DNA of 64,000 nt from Piedraia hortae CBS 480.64 (lineage: Eukaryota), in the NCBI GenBank assembly GCA_010093745.1, contig MU005960.1, positions 248,636 through 312,635 on the forward strand, read 5' to 3'. Both the position numbers and the translations under genes were made by a program. Below are positions 10,534 to 20,285 of this stretch, in pieces (position 1 is the first letter of the stretch; each line of letters opens with the position of its first letter). The notes under the pieces are model-generated. The model saw nothing but the letters and a program-made list of their open reading frames with translations. It was not told the origin of the DNA and made no database searches.

Positions 10534-12429
10534 CTACACATCCTCAGCCTCAACCCTACACAGCACCTCTTCCAGAAACCCCTCCAGCAATCCAGGGACG
10601 CCATCGCCCATTCCGACGGGCGCGTCAAGGTCATAGCGATCGATTTCGGCAAAGAGACGAGCAAGCTTGCCCATGCATTTGCGGATCTGGTCATGAACGA
10701 GGCGCTTCTCCACCAACTCGTTCTCGGCCGACACGTTGCTGCCGGCGGAGGACTGCGAGGACGCCGAGCCTTTGGCTGCTTTCTTGTGCAAGAGGTTGAG
10801 CTGATAACTGCGACGATGCAACGCCGCTTCAAGAGCGGGCACAATGACGGAGTTGAGGGCTGTGATCTCATTATTATTGTTTTTGTTGTTGTTGGTAATA
10901 TCCTGAGACTGCGGAACGGAGTTGGAGCTGCTGCGGGAGCCGCTCGTAGACGCAGACGTAGGAACGTGCTGGACAGAGGACACACGACTGCCGTTGTTGG
11001 GAGCCGAGAAGGTAGGCAACGGTTTCTGGGCCGGCATGTTTGACGACCCGGACTGCTTGGAGTCCTCGCCGACACGCAGATTCTTCATGTAGCGACTCAT
11101 GTCGCTGGCGATGCTTTGCTGTAGGAAATCGTCGTTGATCATTTCCTTAGTTTGGGGCGTTGGTGGTGGACCGATTGAGCTGAAACTGGGCTCGCTCTGA
11201 GGCGTTTGTTGTGCACCACCCGTTGGGGTTAGCGGCAGTGGGACTCTGTCTGCTTTGGTGGGTGATTCTATTTGGGTGGTTTTGGATGGTGAGGGGGTTC
11301 TTGGGGGCGGCGGAGGAGGAGACATGTTCCCCTTTAGTGTGTCACGCACATCGCCCTCAGCCGCGTTCTCTTTGTTAGAGGTAGATATGGGTATCGCCGT
11401 TCCAGCCATGGCGGCGCTGCGGGAGTTCATGCCCGAATCATTCATGACGCGTAATCCACCGCCGCGGCGGCCTGCTGGCCTAATGGTTCCAAAATCCCAA
11501 AGATCTTCTTCGTCGCTATTCACCGCACGCGGCTCAGCGTGGACATCTTCGTCTTCACTTTCATCCTCCTGATGCGTGGCCTGCCATCGCTCGTAACGCT
11601 CAATGAGCTCCGTCAGGTACGCAGTCCGTTTGGCCTTCTTCACCCACGGGTGTCTCAGCAGTTCCCGTGCGCTGGGCCGCTCACGAGGCTCTTTCTGCAG
11701 ACAGCGATGGACAAAATCCTTGAACTCCCGCGAGAAATTGCCTTCCAAAACAGGCGCCGGATTTTTGGGGATGAGAAAGAGGACTTTCATGGGATGGATG
11801 TCGCTGTATGGCGGCTCGCCCAAGGCCAATTCCAATGCGGTGATGCCCAGTGACCAGATATCTGCCTTGTGGTCGTAGCCCGACTGCTTAATAACTTCGG
11901 GCGCCATCCAAAAAGGAGTGCCAACGAACGTGTTCTTCTTGGTCATAGTGGCCGTCAGCTGCCCCGAGACACCAAAGTCGGCCAGCTTCACTTGGCCATT
12001 GGAGCCCAGTAAGATGTTTGCCGCCTTGATGTCCCGGTGCAGCTTCCCATCGCTGTGCAGATACTCGAGGCCCAGCAGCAGCTCCTTGATGATGATGCAA
12101 ATGTATTCCTCAGCCAGGTTCCCGGGCTTCAGCATGTCGCCGCAGCTTCCACCGGAGCAGAACTCCATGATGATCCAGAGGTCGCTGCCCTTGAGGTAGG
12201 AGCCATAGTAGCGCGTGACGTAAGGTGAGCTGAGGCCGGCCAGGATGGAAATTTCCTGGATGATGTCGTCGACCTCGTCGTCCGCGTTCTCCACATCGAT
12301 GACCTTGATGGCCACCAGCTGCCCGGAGCGTTTATCGACGCCCTTGTACACTTTGCCGAAGCTGCCGCCGCCAATGCATTGTTGCTTGGTGTAGAGAGTC
12401 TCGGGGTCGACGGCGTTCGCATCTGCCAT
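10534..12429 (-). CDS. Ste20-like GCK-III Ser/Thr kinase (MST-1/STK24 type)
   Basis: Intronless. GGGSFGKVY, VAIK, HRDIKAANILL, DFG, FVGTPFWMAPEVI motifs in an N-terminal kinase domain. First ATG at 12429. Confidence 0.92.
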   Translation of the reverse strand: MADANAVDPETLYTKQQCIGGGSFGKVYKGVDKRSGQLVAIKVIDVENADDEVDDIIQEISILAGLSSPYVTRYYGSYLKGSDLWIIMEFCSGGSCGDMLKPGNLAEEYICIIIKELLLGLEYLHSDGKLHRDIKAANILLGSNGQVKLADFGVSGQLTATMTKKNTFVGTPFWMAPEVIKQSGYDHKADIWSLGITALELALGEPPYSDIHPMKVLFLIPKNPAPVLEGNFSREFKDFVHRCLQKEPRERPSARELLRHPWVKKAKRTAYLTELIERYERWQATHQEDESEDEDVHAEPRAVNSDEEDLWDFGTIRPAGRRGGGLRVMNDSGMNSRSAAMAGTAIPISTSNKENAAEGDVRDTLKGNMSPPPPPPRTPSPSKTTQIESPTKADRVPLPLTPTGGAQQTPQSEPSFSSIGPPPTPQTKEMINDDFLQQSIASDMSRYMKNLRVGEDSKQSGSSNMPAQKPLPTFSAPNNGSRVSSVQHVPTSASTSGSRSSSNSVPQSQDITNNNKNNNNEITALNSVIVPALEAALHRRSYQLNLLHKKAAKGSASSQSSAGSNVSAENELVEKRLVHDQIRKCMGKLARLFAEIDRYDLDAPVGMGDGVPGLLEGFLEEVLCRVEAEDV

Positions 12430-12674
12430 GATGGTTAGTAAGAGATTGCTCAACTATTCGGCATTGCGGCGTCGCGGCGCGTCGTGTTGCGTGTGCTGCG
12501 CCGTTTCCCAGGCACCGGGTGGGGCTGACAGCGCTAAGAATGGCGGCTTTCACCCCCGGTCCGGCGGGACTCGATGACGCAAAAGACCCACTTGACGCAC
12601 AACATTCACGAGCTAATACGCAGATACAGAGAACATTCACACTAGTTAACATCATTGGATTGCTACCTACGCGG

Positions 12675-13556
12675 CTAGCCTGACTTGCTAGGGAGAGCTG
12701 TTGCATCAATGACTGTCGTCGAAGTGACTGTAGTACGTGTCTTGGAAGTAATTGGGGTTCCGCCAGGATTGACCGTGAGATAAGTCACACTTTGCACCGT
12801 GCTTTGAGGCGGAACAACTGTGAGAAAGACAGTCGAACTTGGCACGGCTGTAACAGTCGAAACGGCATTGCTTGTCCAGCGGCTGCTCAGGGCTCCAAGA
12901 ATATCGGAAATCATGACAGCAGCTTTGGAAGACTCGTCAGCAGTAGACGTGGGAGTGACACTGGTCGTAGCAGTGGCCGTGGTTGTGTCCGTCGTTGCAT
13001 CCGTGGTAGTGGCGGTGGTGGCTTCCGTAGTAGTAACAGTTGTGGAGGCGGTAGTGGTCACGATAGTTGTCGAGATCAAAGTGATGGTCTCTGCAGGGCC
13101 ATTGCTGGCCGCCGGAACAACGATATTAGGGGCAACGTTGATGGCTTGTGGGACCTGCCTCATGTTTGGAACAAAGCGATTGGGTAGATTACTGTACAGC
13201 CCAATCGTTGTGTAGGCAAAAAGAATCATGGCCTCCAGAGTCAGGGTCGCCATTATGATTATGAAAACGGGCGTGGTAAGGAAAACGCCAGGAGCTCGAC
13301 TCGGACGAGGTGGCAGCTCAGCAGGACGCTCAACTGAACGCTCTGGGAACGAAGGCGGAGCCGCAGGAAAGAGAGTGGAGAAGCGCGGAGGAGGGTCCCT
13401 CTTTTCCGACCAGTCCTCATCGCCGCAATCGACGCCAGTCTCCAGCGTTGCAGGTGATAACTTCCTGTCGGCATCGGCCATTTTCTGCATGTTCGTATTG
13501 ACTTGTTTTTCAAAGGCCCGCTTGAAAGGTCGTTTGGAAGAACTTGATGGCGACAT
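12675..13556 (-). CDS. Hypothetical single-pass membrane protein with Thr-rich (mucin-like) C-terminal region
   Basis: ORF from ATG 13556. Pro-rich N-terminus, hydrophobic VFIIIMATLTLEAMILFAYTTIGLY, then T/S/V-rich tracts. Confidence 0.7.
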   Translation of the reverse strand: MSPSSSSKRPFKRAFEKQVNTNMQKMADADRKLSPATLETGVDCGDEDWSEKRDPPPRFSTLFPAAPPSFPERSVERPAELPPRPSRAPGVFLTTPVFIIIMATLTLEAMILFAYTTIGLYSNLPNRFVPNMRQVPQAINVAPNIVVPAASNGPAETITLISTTIVTTTASTTVTTTEATTATTTDATTDTTTATATTSVTPTSTADESSKAAVMISDILGALSSRWTSNAVSTVTAVPSSTVFLTVVPPQSTVQSVTYLTVNPGGTPITSKTRTTVTSTTVIDATALPSKSG

Positions 13557-14189
13557 GGTATGGTGGAGGTGTAGATTGATAAGACTACGACCAGCGCAAT
13601 GGAAAAGGACTTGTTCTCTTGGAATGAAAGAATGTTCACCTCGGAAGTGCAAATGGCAAACAGAGAGTGCGGCCGGCGCGGGAGGTGAATCACTTAGGCT
13701 ATAGTGACCATGAAAGAAGCGATTGACTTCAGGTGATGAAAGAAGCTGGGGAGCAAGGAAACAAGAAGAAAGGAAGCTTTACCTGGGTGGACAATGGAGT
13801 CCAAAGAATCCAACTACGTGCTTCTAAGAATACTACGTTGTCTGTCAGACTTGGCGCTGGAGTGGTGGATGAGGCGATTGTGAAGCTTTGTTGCTTCTCT
13901 GATTGGCTGTCGGTCGTCTCTTTGGCGCCCTGTCAAAGAATCGTCCGGATTGGCGCTAAAAACCTCAAACGTCGGGCTTTATCTTGGCGCCGCCATTGTC
14001 CCGGCTCGTTTCCACGTTAGAGATGGTTCCAGGTGCTGTGTCAAATGCGTCGTGACTTCCGTGACTTCCCATGAGTCGTGTGTGTGTGACTTCGCCACAA
14101 TCAGGTGCCCACGTATGACGCAGCCTCCCCCCCCCCCCACCTCCATCTCACCTGTTCATCAACTTCACCTACAGCACAACTAGAACAGT

Positions 14190-15053
14190 ATGGCTGCCGA
14201 TACCAAATACCACCCCGCACCCTCGCGCGACAGTTTCGACGATGCTGCCCACAGCTACACCCAACCTCCGCCTTCCTGTACGTGATCTCCTCGGCAAAAG
14301 ACTGTAAATTAACATCGACCAGATCAGGCCGAGCCTGTGGTTGGCGAGGCACGAAGCGAACATGACAACGTCCCGGACGACTTCAAATTTGGCGGCAGCG
14401 TCGCCGAAGCGACGCTCCCCATCCGAATGCAGTTCGTCCGCAAAGTATACGCCATCCTAACAGCCCAGCTGCTTCTCACCACCGCCCTGAGCACCGTCTC
14501 CTTTATCAGCCCGGCCTATAAGGGCTGGATCCAGAACAACCAGTGGATGATGTGGACCAGTCTCTTTGGCGCCATCGGCTTCATGTTGTTGACGTTTTGG
14601 AAGCGCAAGAGCTATCCCGCCAATCTCCTATTCCTCAGCGGCTTCACGGCGCTCGAGGCCTACAGCATCTCCGTTGTCACGTCCTTCTTCGATTCGCGCA
14701 TCGTCCTGCAAGCTCTGATCTTCACATTGGCCATTTTCGTTGCCCTGACCGTCTTCGCTTGCCAGTCCAAGTACGACTTCACCAGCTGGATTCCCTACCT
14801 GGCCGGAGCGTTGTGGATACTCATCATCTTCGGTTTCATGGCCATGTTCTTCCCGTACTCTTCTGGCGTCGAACTTGGCTGGGGCATTGCGAGTGCGCTG
14901 ATCTTCTCCGGGTACATACTCGTGGATACCCAGCTGATTATGCGCCACCACAATGTTGAAGAGGAGGTCGCCGCCGCCATCAGCCTGTACCTCGACATCC
15001 TCAACCTTTTCCTGGCAATCCTGAGGATCATGAACAGCCAAAGCAATAATTGA
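14190..15053 (+). CDS. BXI1: Bax inhibitor-1/TMBIM family membrane protein
   Basis: ATG 14190 and intron 14278-14322 restore the frame. IRMQFVRKVYAILTAQL and AAISLYLDILNLFLAILRI motifs, multiple TM helices. Confidence 0.92.
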
Positions 15054-15079
15054 GTTTTATTAGGTGGTGTTTCTAAAGA

Positions 15080-15697
15080 TTACGGAATATTCAGTGCATG
15101 TACCCTTTTCTCAAATGCCTCTATCATCTTATCAGCCACTTTCGGCGCCGCAGATGCACAAATCATGGTATAGAATGGATTGCTGAACTCGTATTCAATG
15201 TCTAAGCCGACCTTTGTCATGCCTGGCGGTTGTGCTTTGACCGTCCACTGCGTCCAGAGATGTGACAAGACGCTCGTGCTTCGGCTTGGATCCCGTCCGT
15301 CTTGTGCCCGCACCGAGTGATGCTCTACCTCCTTTCTTTGCTTAGCTTCTGCATTCCCACTCACAGCCTCGACCGATTTTCCAGGCACGCAGTAGATGCG
15401 GGACCAAAAGTCTTCGCTGAGTCCGCCATCGAACCCGACTCGCAGCCGCGCTTCCTCGGGATAAGACTTGCCCGTAGCTTTCGCTGGGCGTGAGACTTTC
15501 GTCACCGTGCTCTCCAAACAGTACGGTAAGAACAGGCGATATTTTTCGACATCGGAGATGACGTCGTAGATCAGTTCAGGTGGAAAGCGCAGCAGCCGCG
15601 AAGTAGAGATGGTTTGCAGGCCTTTACTAAAGGAAGGTGGTGTCAAGAACGAGCGACTCGGCTGGAAGGACTGGACGGGCCTCTTCAAGGCTCGCAT
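15080..15697 (-). CDS. COQ10: Coenzyme Q-binding START-domain protein
   Basis: Basic presequence-like start MRALKRP; IYDVISDVEKYRLFLPYCLESTV; EYEFSNPFY; KMIEAFEKR. Confidence 0.88.
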   Translation of the reverse strand: MRALKRPVQSFQPSRSFLTPPSFSKGLQTISTSRLLRFPPELIYDVISDVEKYRLFLPYCLESTVTKVSRPAKATGKSYPEEARLRVGFDGGLSEDFWSRIYCVPGKSVEAVSGNAEAKQRKEVEHHSVRAQDGRDPSRSTSVLSHLWTQWTVKAQPPGMTKVGLDIEYEFSNPFYTMICASAAPKVADKMIEAFEKRVHALNIP

Positions 15698-15810
15698 GCT
15701 GCCGACTTCAGCAGAACGCGCGAGACGAAGCGGCAACGCCCGTTTAGTGGGTCTGCCATCATACCCACAACGATATCCGACACAAGAGAATCTCATACAC
15801 CACCTCGAAC

Positions 15811-16905
15811 ATGTCCACCCTCCCACGGAAACCCCGTCAACAACTCACCAAAGGAATGGAACACATGCGCTCCTACGTAACCGTCCCCTCACCTCCCGAA
15901 TCCGACGCCTACGGAGTCCCAGCAAGCTACCAACCTCTCCGCGAAGCATCCCTCCTCAAACCCATTCAAGACAACCCCCAGCAGAGAAAAGACCCCTTCC
16001 AATTCGGCACACGGTACCTCACAACCGAAGACGACATCTTCTCGCACAACGCATGGGACCACGTAACCGTCGACCCTCAATATGACGACTTCATCGCCTC
16101 TCAAATCTCAATGCAGCGTTCCAACCCCGCTGACAAAGACCGCTACAACGCCCGGCCTGAGAAGTGGTGGGACGAGTTCTACGCGCGCAACAACGCAGCC
16201 TTCTTCAAAGATAGAAAATGGCTAATCCAGGAATTCCCGCTGCTGGAACAAGTCACGGCTGAAGACTATGGGCCTTGTGTCGTGTTAGAGGTTGGTGCAG
16301 GGGCAGGGAACACTGCTTTTCCTCTCTTTGCGCAGAACAAGAACAAGGATCTTTGTCTCCATGCGTGCGATTACTCTGCGAAAGCGATTGAGGTTATTCG
16401 CTCCGCGAAGGAGTATCAGGATCAGAGTATTCTGATGGCTGATGTGTGGGATTTGGCGAGTAGAGATTCGCTGCCACCGGGTTTGGAACCTGAGGGTGTG
16501 GATGTTGTGATCTTGATTTTTGTGTTTTCGGCGCTTGCGCCGGATCAGTGGGGCCAGGCGGTGAGGAATGTGTGTAGGCTGTTGAAGCCGGGTGGGGAGG
16601 TGCTGTTTAGGGATTATGGGCGCGGGGATCTAGCGCAGGTGAGGTTTAAGAAGGGGAGGTATCTCGAGGAGAATTTCTATGTGAGAGGGGATGGGACGAG
16701 GGTTTATTTTTTTGAGGAGGAGGAGTTGAGGGGCATTTGGGGGAAGGAATTGGAGATTGTGCGGCTGGCAACGGATAGGAGGATGTTGGTTAATAGGCAG
16801 AGAAGGTTGAAGATGTTCAGGTGTTGGATGCAGGGGAGGTTTAGGAAGGGTACTGAGGAGTTGAGGGGAGATGGGGATGAGGATTTGGAGGAAGATGCGT
16901 CGTGA
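15811..16905 (+). CDS. TRM140: tRNA m3C32 methyltransferase (Trm140/METTL2-like)
   Basis: HNAWDHV, FFKDRKWLIQEFP, LEVGAGAGN, FRDYGRGDLAQVRFKKG, YVRGDGTRVYFF motifs. Confidence 0.92.
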   Translation: MSTLPRKPRQQLTKGMEHMRSYVTVPSPPESDAYGVPASYQPLREASLLKPIQDNPQQRKDPFQFGTRYLTTEDDIFSHNAWDHVTVDPQYDDFIASQISMQRSNPADKDRYNARPEKWWDEFYARNNAAFFKDRKWLIQEFPLLEQVTAEDYGPCVVLEVGAGAGNTAFPLFAQNKNKDLCLHACDYSAKAIEVIRSAKEYQDQSILMADVWDLASRDSLPPGLEPEGVDVVILIFVFSALAPDQWGQAVRNVCRLLKPGGEVLFRDYGRGDLAQVRFKKGRYLEENFYVRGDGTRVYFFEEEELRGIWGKELEIVRLATDRRMLVNRQRRLKMFRCWMQGRFRKGTEELRGDGDEDLEEDAS

Positions 16906-17225
16906 TACCCCTGTTTGTTTGTAGAGGTTTAGGCTGGGAATGTATGAGGTTCAACGCCTTTGGATGAAGACATTCGTTTTTGCCGAGTTCCACTGCCTCG
17001 CCCTTGCAAAATGGAAGCACTTTGTACCTACTGCTTCGATGCAGGATCAGAAACAGGATAGAGGTAAGACATGGGTTGACAGCCGTGGAATAATGACCTG
17101 CATTTCCTTCATGTGTCACGGCCGATGCAATACAAATTCAAATTCTACTACCAAAGTCATGATTGACATCCGCCCATCGTTCATGACTGCATCCATACTC
17201 GTGCTCATGAGGCCTGGAAAGCCCT

Positions 17226-18131
17226 TTAAAATCGGCCAGCAGCTGCCAAGCCTTTGTACTTCATAGGTGCTGCCGAGCCGACAGGAGAAGCGCCACCGGA
17301 GCTGCCAGATCCACCCATGCCGGAGGTGCCTGAACTATCCATTCCGCCAGGGCTGCTCGAACTGTCTAAACCTCCTGAACCTCCTGAACTGCTCACGCCT
17401 CCCGAGCTGCCGGAGCCGGCGGAAGAAGAAGAAGAAGAAGAGCCGCCGCATCCGGGACATCCAGCACCACCACAGCCACTGCACCTCATAGGAGCCGCCG
17501 AACCAGCAGGAGAAGCACCACCGGAGGTACCCGAACCATCCATTCCACCAGAGCTGCCGGACCCGTCGGAGCCTCCTCCCATCCCACCAGAGCTGCTAGA
17601 ACCGTCGGACCCGCCGGTGCCGCTGGAGCCACCCATACCACCAGACCCATCCGAGCCACCAGCGCTGCCGGAACCACTCACCCCACCAGAGCTACCAGAT
17701 CCATCGGAACCACCAGATCCGTCGGACCCGCCGGACCCGCCAGCATAGTTGACAGTGACAGCGCGCTGAGGCATGCCGGTAGCAGCTGAGACACCGCCAC
17801 CGCAGCTAGGGCATCCAGCGCTGCTGCATCCGCCGCAGTTCATAGGGGCAGCCGAGCCAGCGGGAGAAGCACCACCAGAACTGCCAGAGCCCCCAAGGCT
17901 CCCCAACCCGCCGAGGCTGCCAGAGCCGCTGCCAAGTCCACTCAAGCCACCGAGACTGCCTAGAGCCCCGGATCCACTACCCAAGCCGGGAATGGCTGAT
18001 CTGAGGGTTGAAACTACTGTTAGCGATGGAAAATCTAAGACTTAGGATAACACGTACCCAAGACCTCCAGCATAAGGTCGCGCCAGCGCAGCGGCGGTGA
18101 GAAGGGAGGTAAGAAAGACGAGCTTAGTCAT
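17226..18131 (-). CDS. Secreted Gly/Ser-rich protein with Cys-cluster repeats
   Basis: Signal peptide MTKLVFLTSLLTAAALA-RP from ATG 18131. Intron 18057-18001 (GTACGT..CTAAC..CAG) joins ORF 17226-17984 in frame. Confidence 0.75.
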
Positions 18132-20285
18132 TTTGGGAGGGAGAAAGAAGACAAAGTCAAGATGTAACGACTGTGAGAAGATATCAAGAGTGTGAGGAAA
18201 TGTAGAGACAAGTTGAAGCGGAAAGGAGATGGACTTAAATATCGAGGATGAGATCGAGTGGAACTGACATGCTACAGACTCGTTGGGGCTACTGACCCCC
18301 GGGTGTATCGAGGAGACTGGTTCATTATGATATCGCCGGTGATTATCCGTCGCAGGATTGGGACCGGGGAGCAAAAGGTCTCTACCGGGTAATCTAAGTG
18401 GCTGTTCGAACGCTTTGGTGAACAGGCGACGCCATGTTTGGTAGTTTCGGTGAAAGATGTGAACGGCTTCAGCGTGTTTCCCAAGCTAAGCAGTCGTAAG
18501 TGATGCTGGACTTAACGAGGTGAGGTTGAGGTGGGGCCGCTTCCCGTTTCCGGATGGCGGAACTTCGGATGTGGGGGATCCGCAAACGAGACGTCGCAAG
18601 TTGCGATTGACCAGCGTTGCAGCGCCGAGAGTTCGGTTCCTGGCCCCAGTCAACCAAACACGGCTCAGATCACAGTTTCCTCTGGATGACGCGTCGTGGA
18701 ATTCCGCGGAATGGTTCGTCGATGCAGCAAGGCTTTCGTGGGGATAAGCCTTGACGGTATCCGATACAAGATCCCCTTAGTGAGGATGGCAAGCGGCGAC
18801 CAAGATCATACTATCTCGCAATGGTTGCGGCGATCGTAGTTGCATGGGGCTTGCAATCTCTCCACACAGTTCACTTGTGCCTGTGAGGATCATGGCAAGG
18901 ATCATGTCGATTATCGGCACTTGAACCCCTGTTGCCGGCACTGTTCGTGTGGAGGATCAACGATCTGCCCCCCGTAAACCGGCAAACGCTGAGACAGGGC
19001 AATGTCTCTCCCAGCTGGAAAACCGTTGCCGTCTATCTGTAACAAAACATGGCTCTTTGTGCAACCCAATCGGGGCACGACCGCCGCCTGAACTCCTGCG
19101 AGTAGAACCAACAATCAATGTAAGATACTTTCCCTTGTTATGATGCTTCTCAGGCACGTTCAATGGACCTAATGTCGGAGCCTCGGGGCAGCACTGTTCA
19201 AACAAAAGAGCGCATCTCCTTGTCTCATTTTCGTCTCCACAATGTCACGACTTTTCTACGTGTGAGTGGTGCGCAGCCACTGAGAGGGCTTCGTTAGCCG
19301 CGGTACTCTCACCACCGTGGTAAGGAAGGTCAAAGTAGCAACAATTAGTAAAGCAGCGACTATAGCTGGGTACACAGAACTCCAAGGATGGCTATTTGCT
19401 GTTTCGAAGGCCGTTCAACAACTCCTCTGTTCTTGAAGAATTGAGTTACACATTTCTTGCCTACACGGTAAAATTCACTTGGCTAACGGATTCAACAACA
19501 TGTCTAACATGACGGCCAGCTGAAACTCTGGCCAAATGCCTACACTTTGCTATATATTCGACCGAGGGCTGACACCCTTCCGGATTGACATTTGCCATCC
19601 TCAAGTCAAGTCCAAGGCAGAATACATGCTACCTTTCGGTAAATAAGCCATGATTTTTGTCTCGTGGGTGCGGACTCAGCCAAAGTCAGAATAATCTGTG
19701 CACACTCAAAACAGAGGCCGTGCATTTCTCTCTCAAAGTCTTTGTCTTGCTTACTGGTAAGTATGGGAACCGGAACTGCAACATCTAACGTCTAGCTGAA
19801 TAATATTCTGGGACGATGGATGGCGATATCCCTTAGCCCGGCGGTGTATCGCTGCTTTCGTGATGGAAAAATCTTTATCTCTCAATATTATCAGTACTGA
19901 TCTCCATTATATTCTTCTCACTCACCACGAGATCGCTCTTCTCACTTGTGGCATTGACGCATCAAGTCCAGATGGACCATGCAACCTGATGAAAATTTGA
20001 TAATGGGTCGAAACAAAGGCACCTGAAAAAACAAAGGCGAGCACAAGGCTTTGTATCGATTGACAAATGGACCGCCCTTTGTTCGACAGAATCGGTCCAG
20101 TCTCGATGCTTCAGTCACCCGCTTTCGCGGCCTTTGTCACAAGAACACGCGAGCGACACCATATTATCGTTGCCCTGCCCGACGACACGGTGTTAATTCC
20201 GACCAAGGACCATTTTTCGAACAACACTTCAAGTACCGCTTCTCTTCGGTGTTCGGAATTGCTGCACACCTGTTGCAAGCACAAC

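Noticed and set aside
15811..16905. ABP140-style +1 frameshift in TRM140
   Set aside because: One uninterrupted ORF with no upstream actin-binding ORF.
17254..17748. Pro/Glu-rich plus-strand ORF
   Set aside because: Antisense shadow of the Gly/Ser-rich gene, which has a signal peptide and canonical intron.
18400..20000. Short ORFs in the island
   Set aside because: No recognisable motifs or consistent exon chain.
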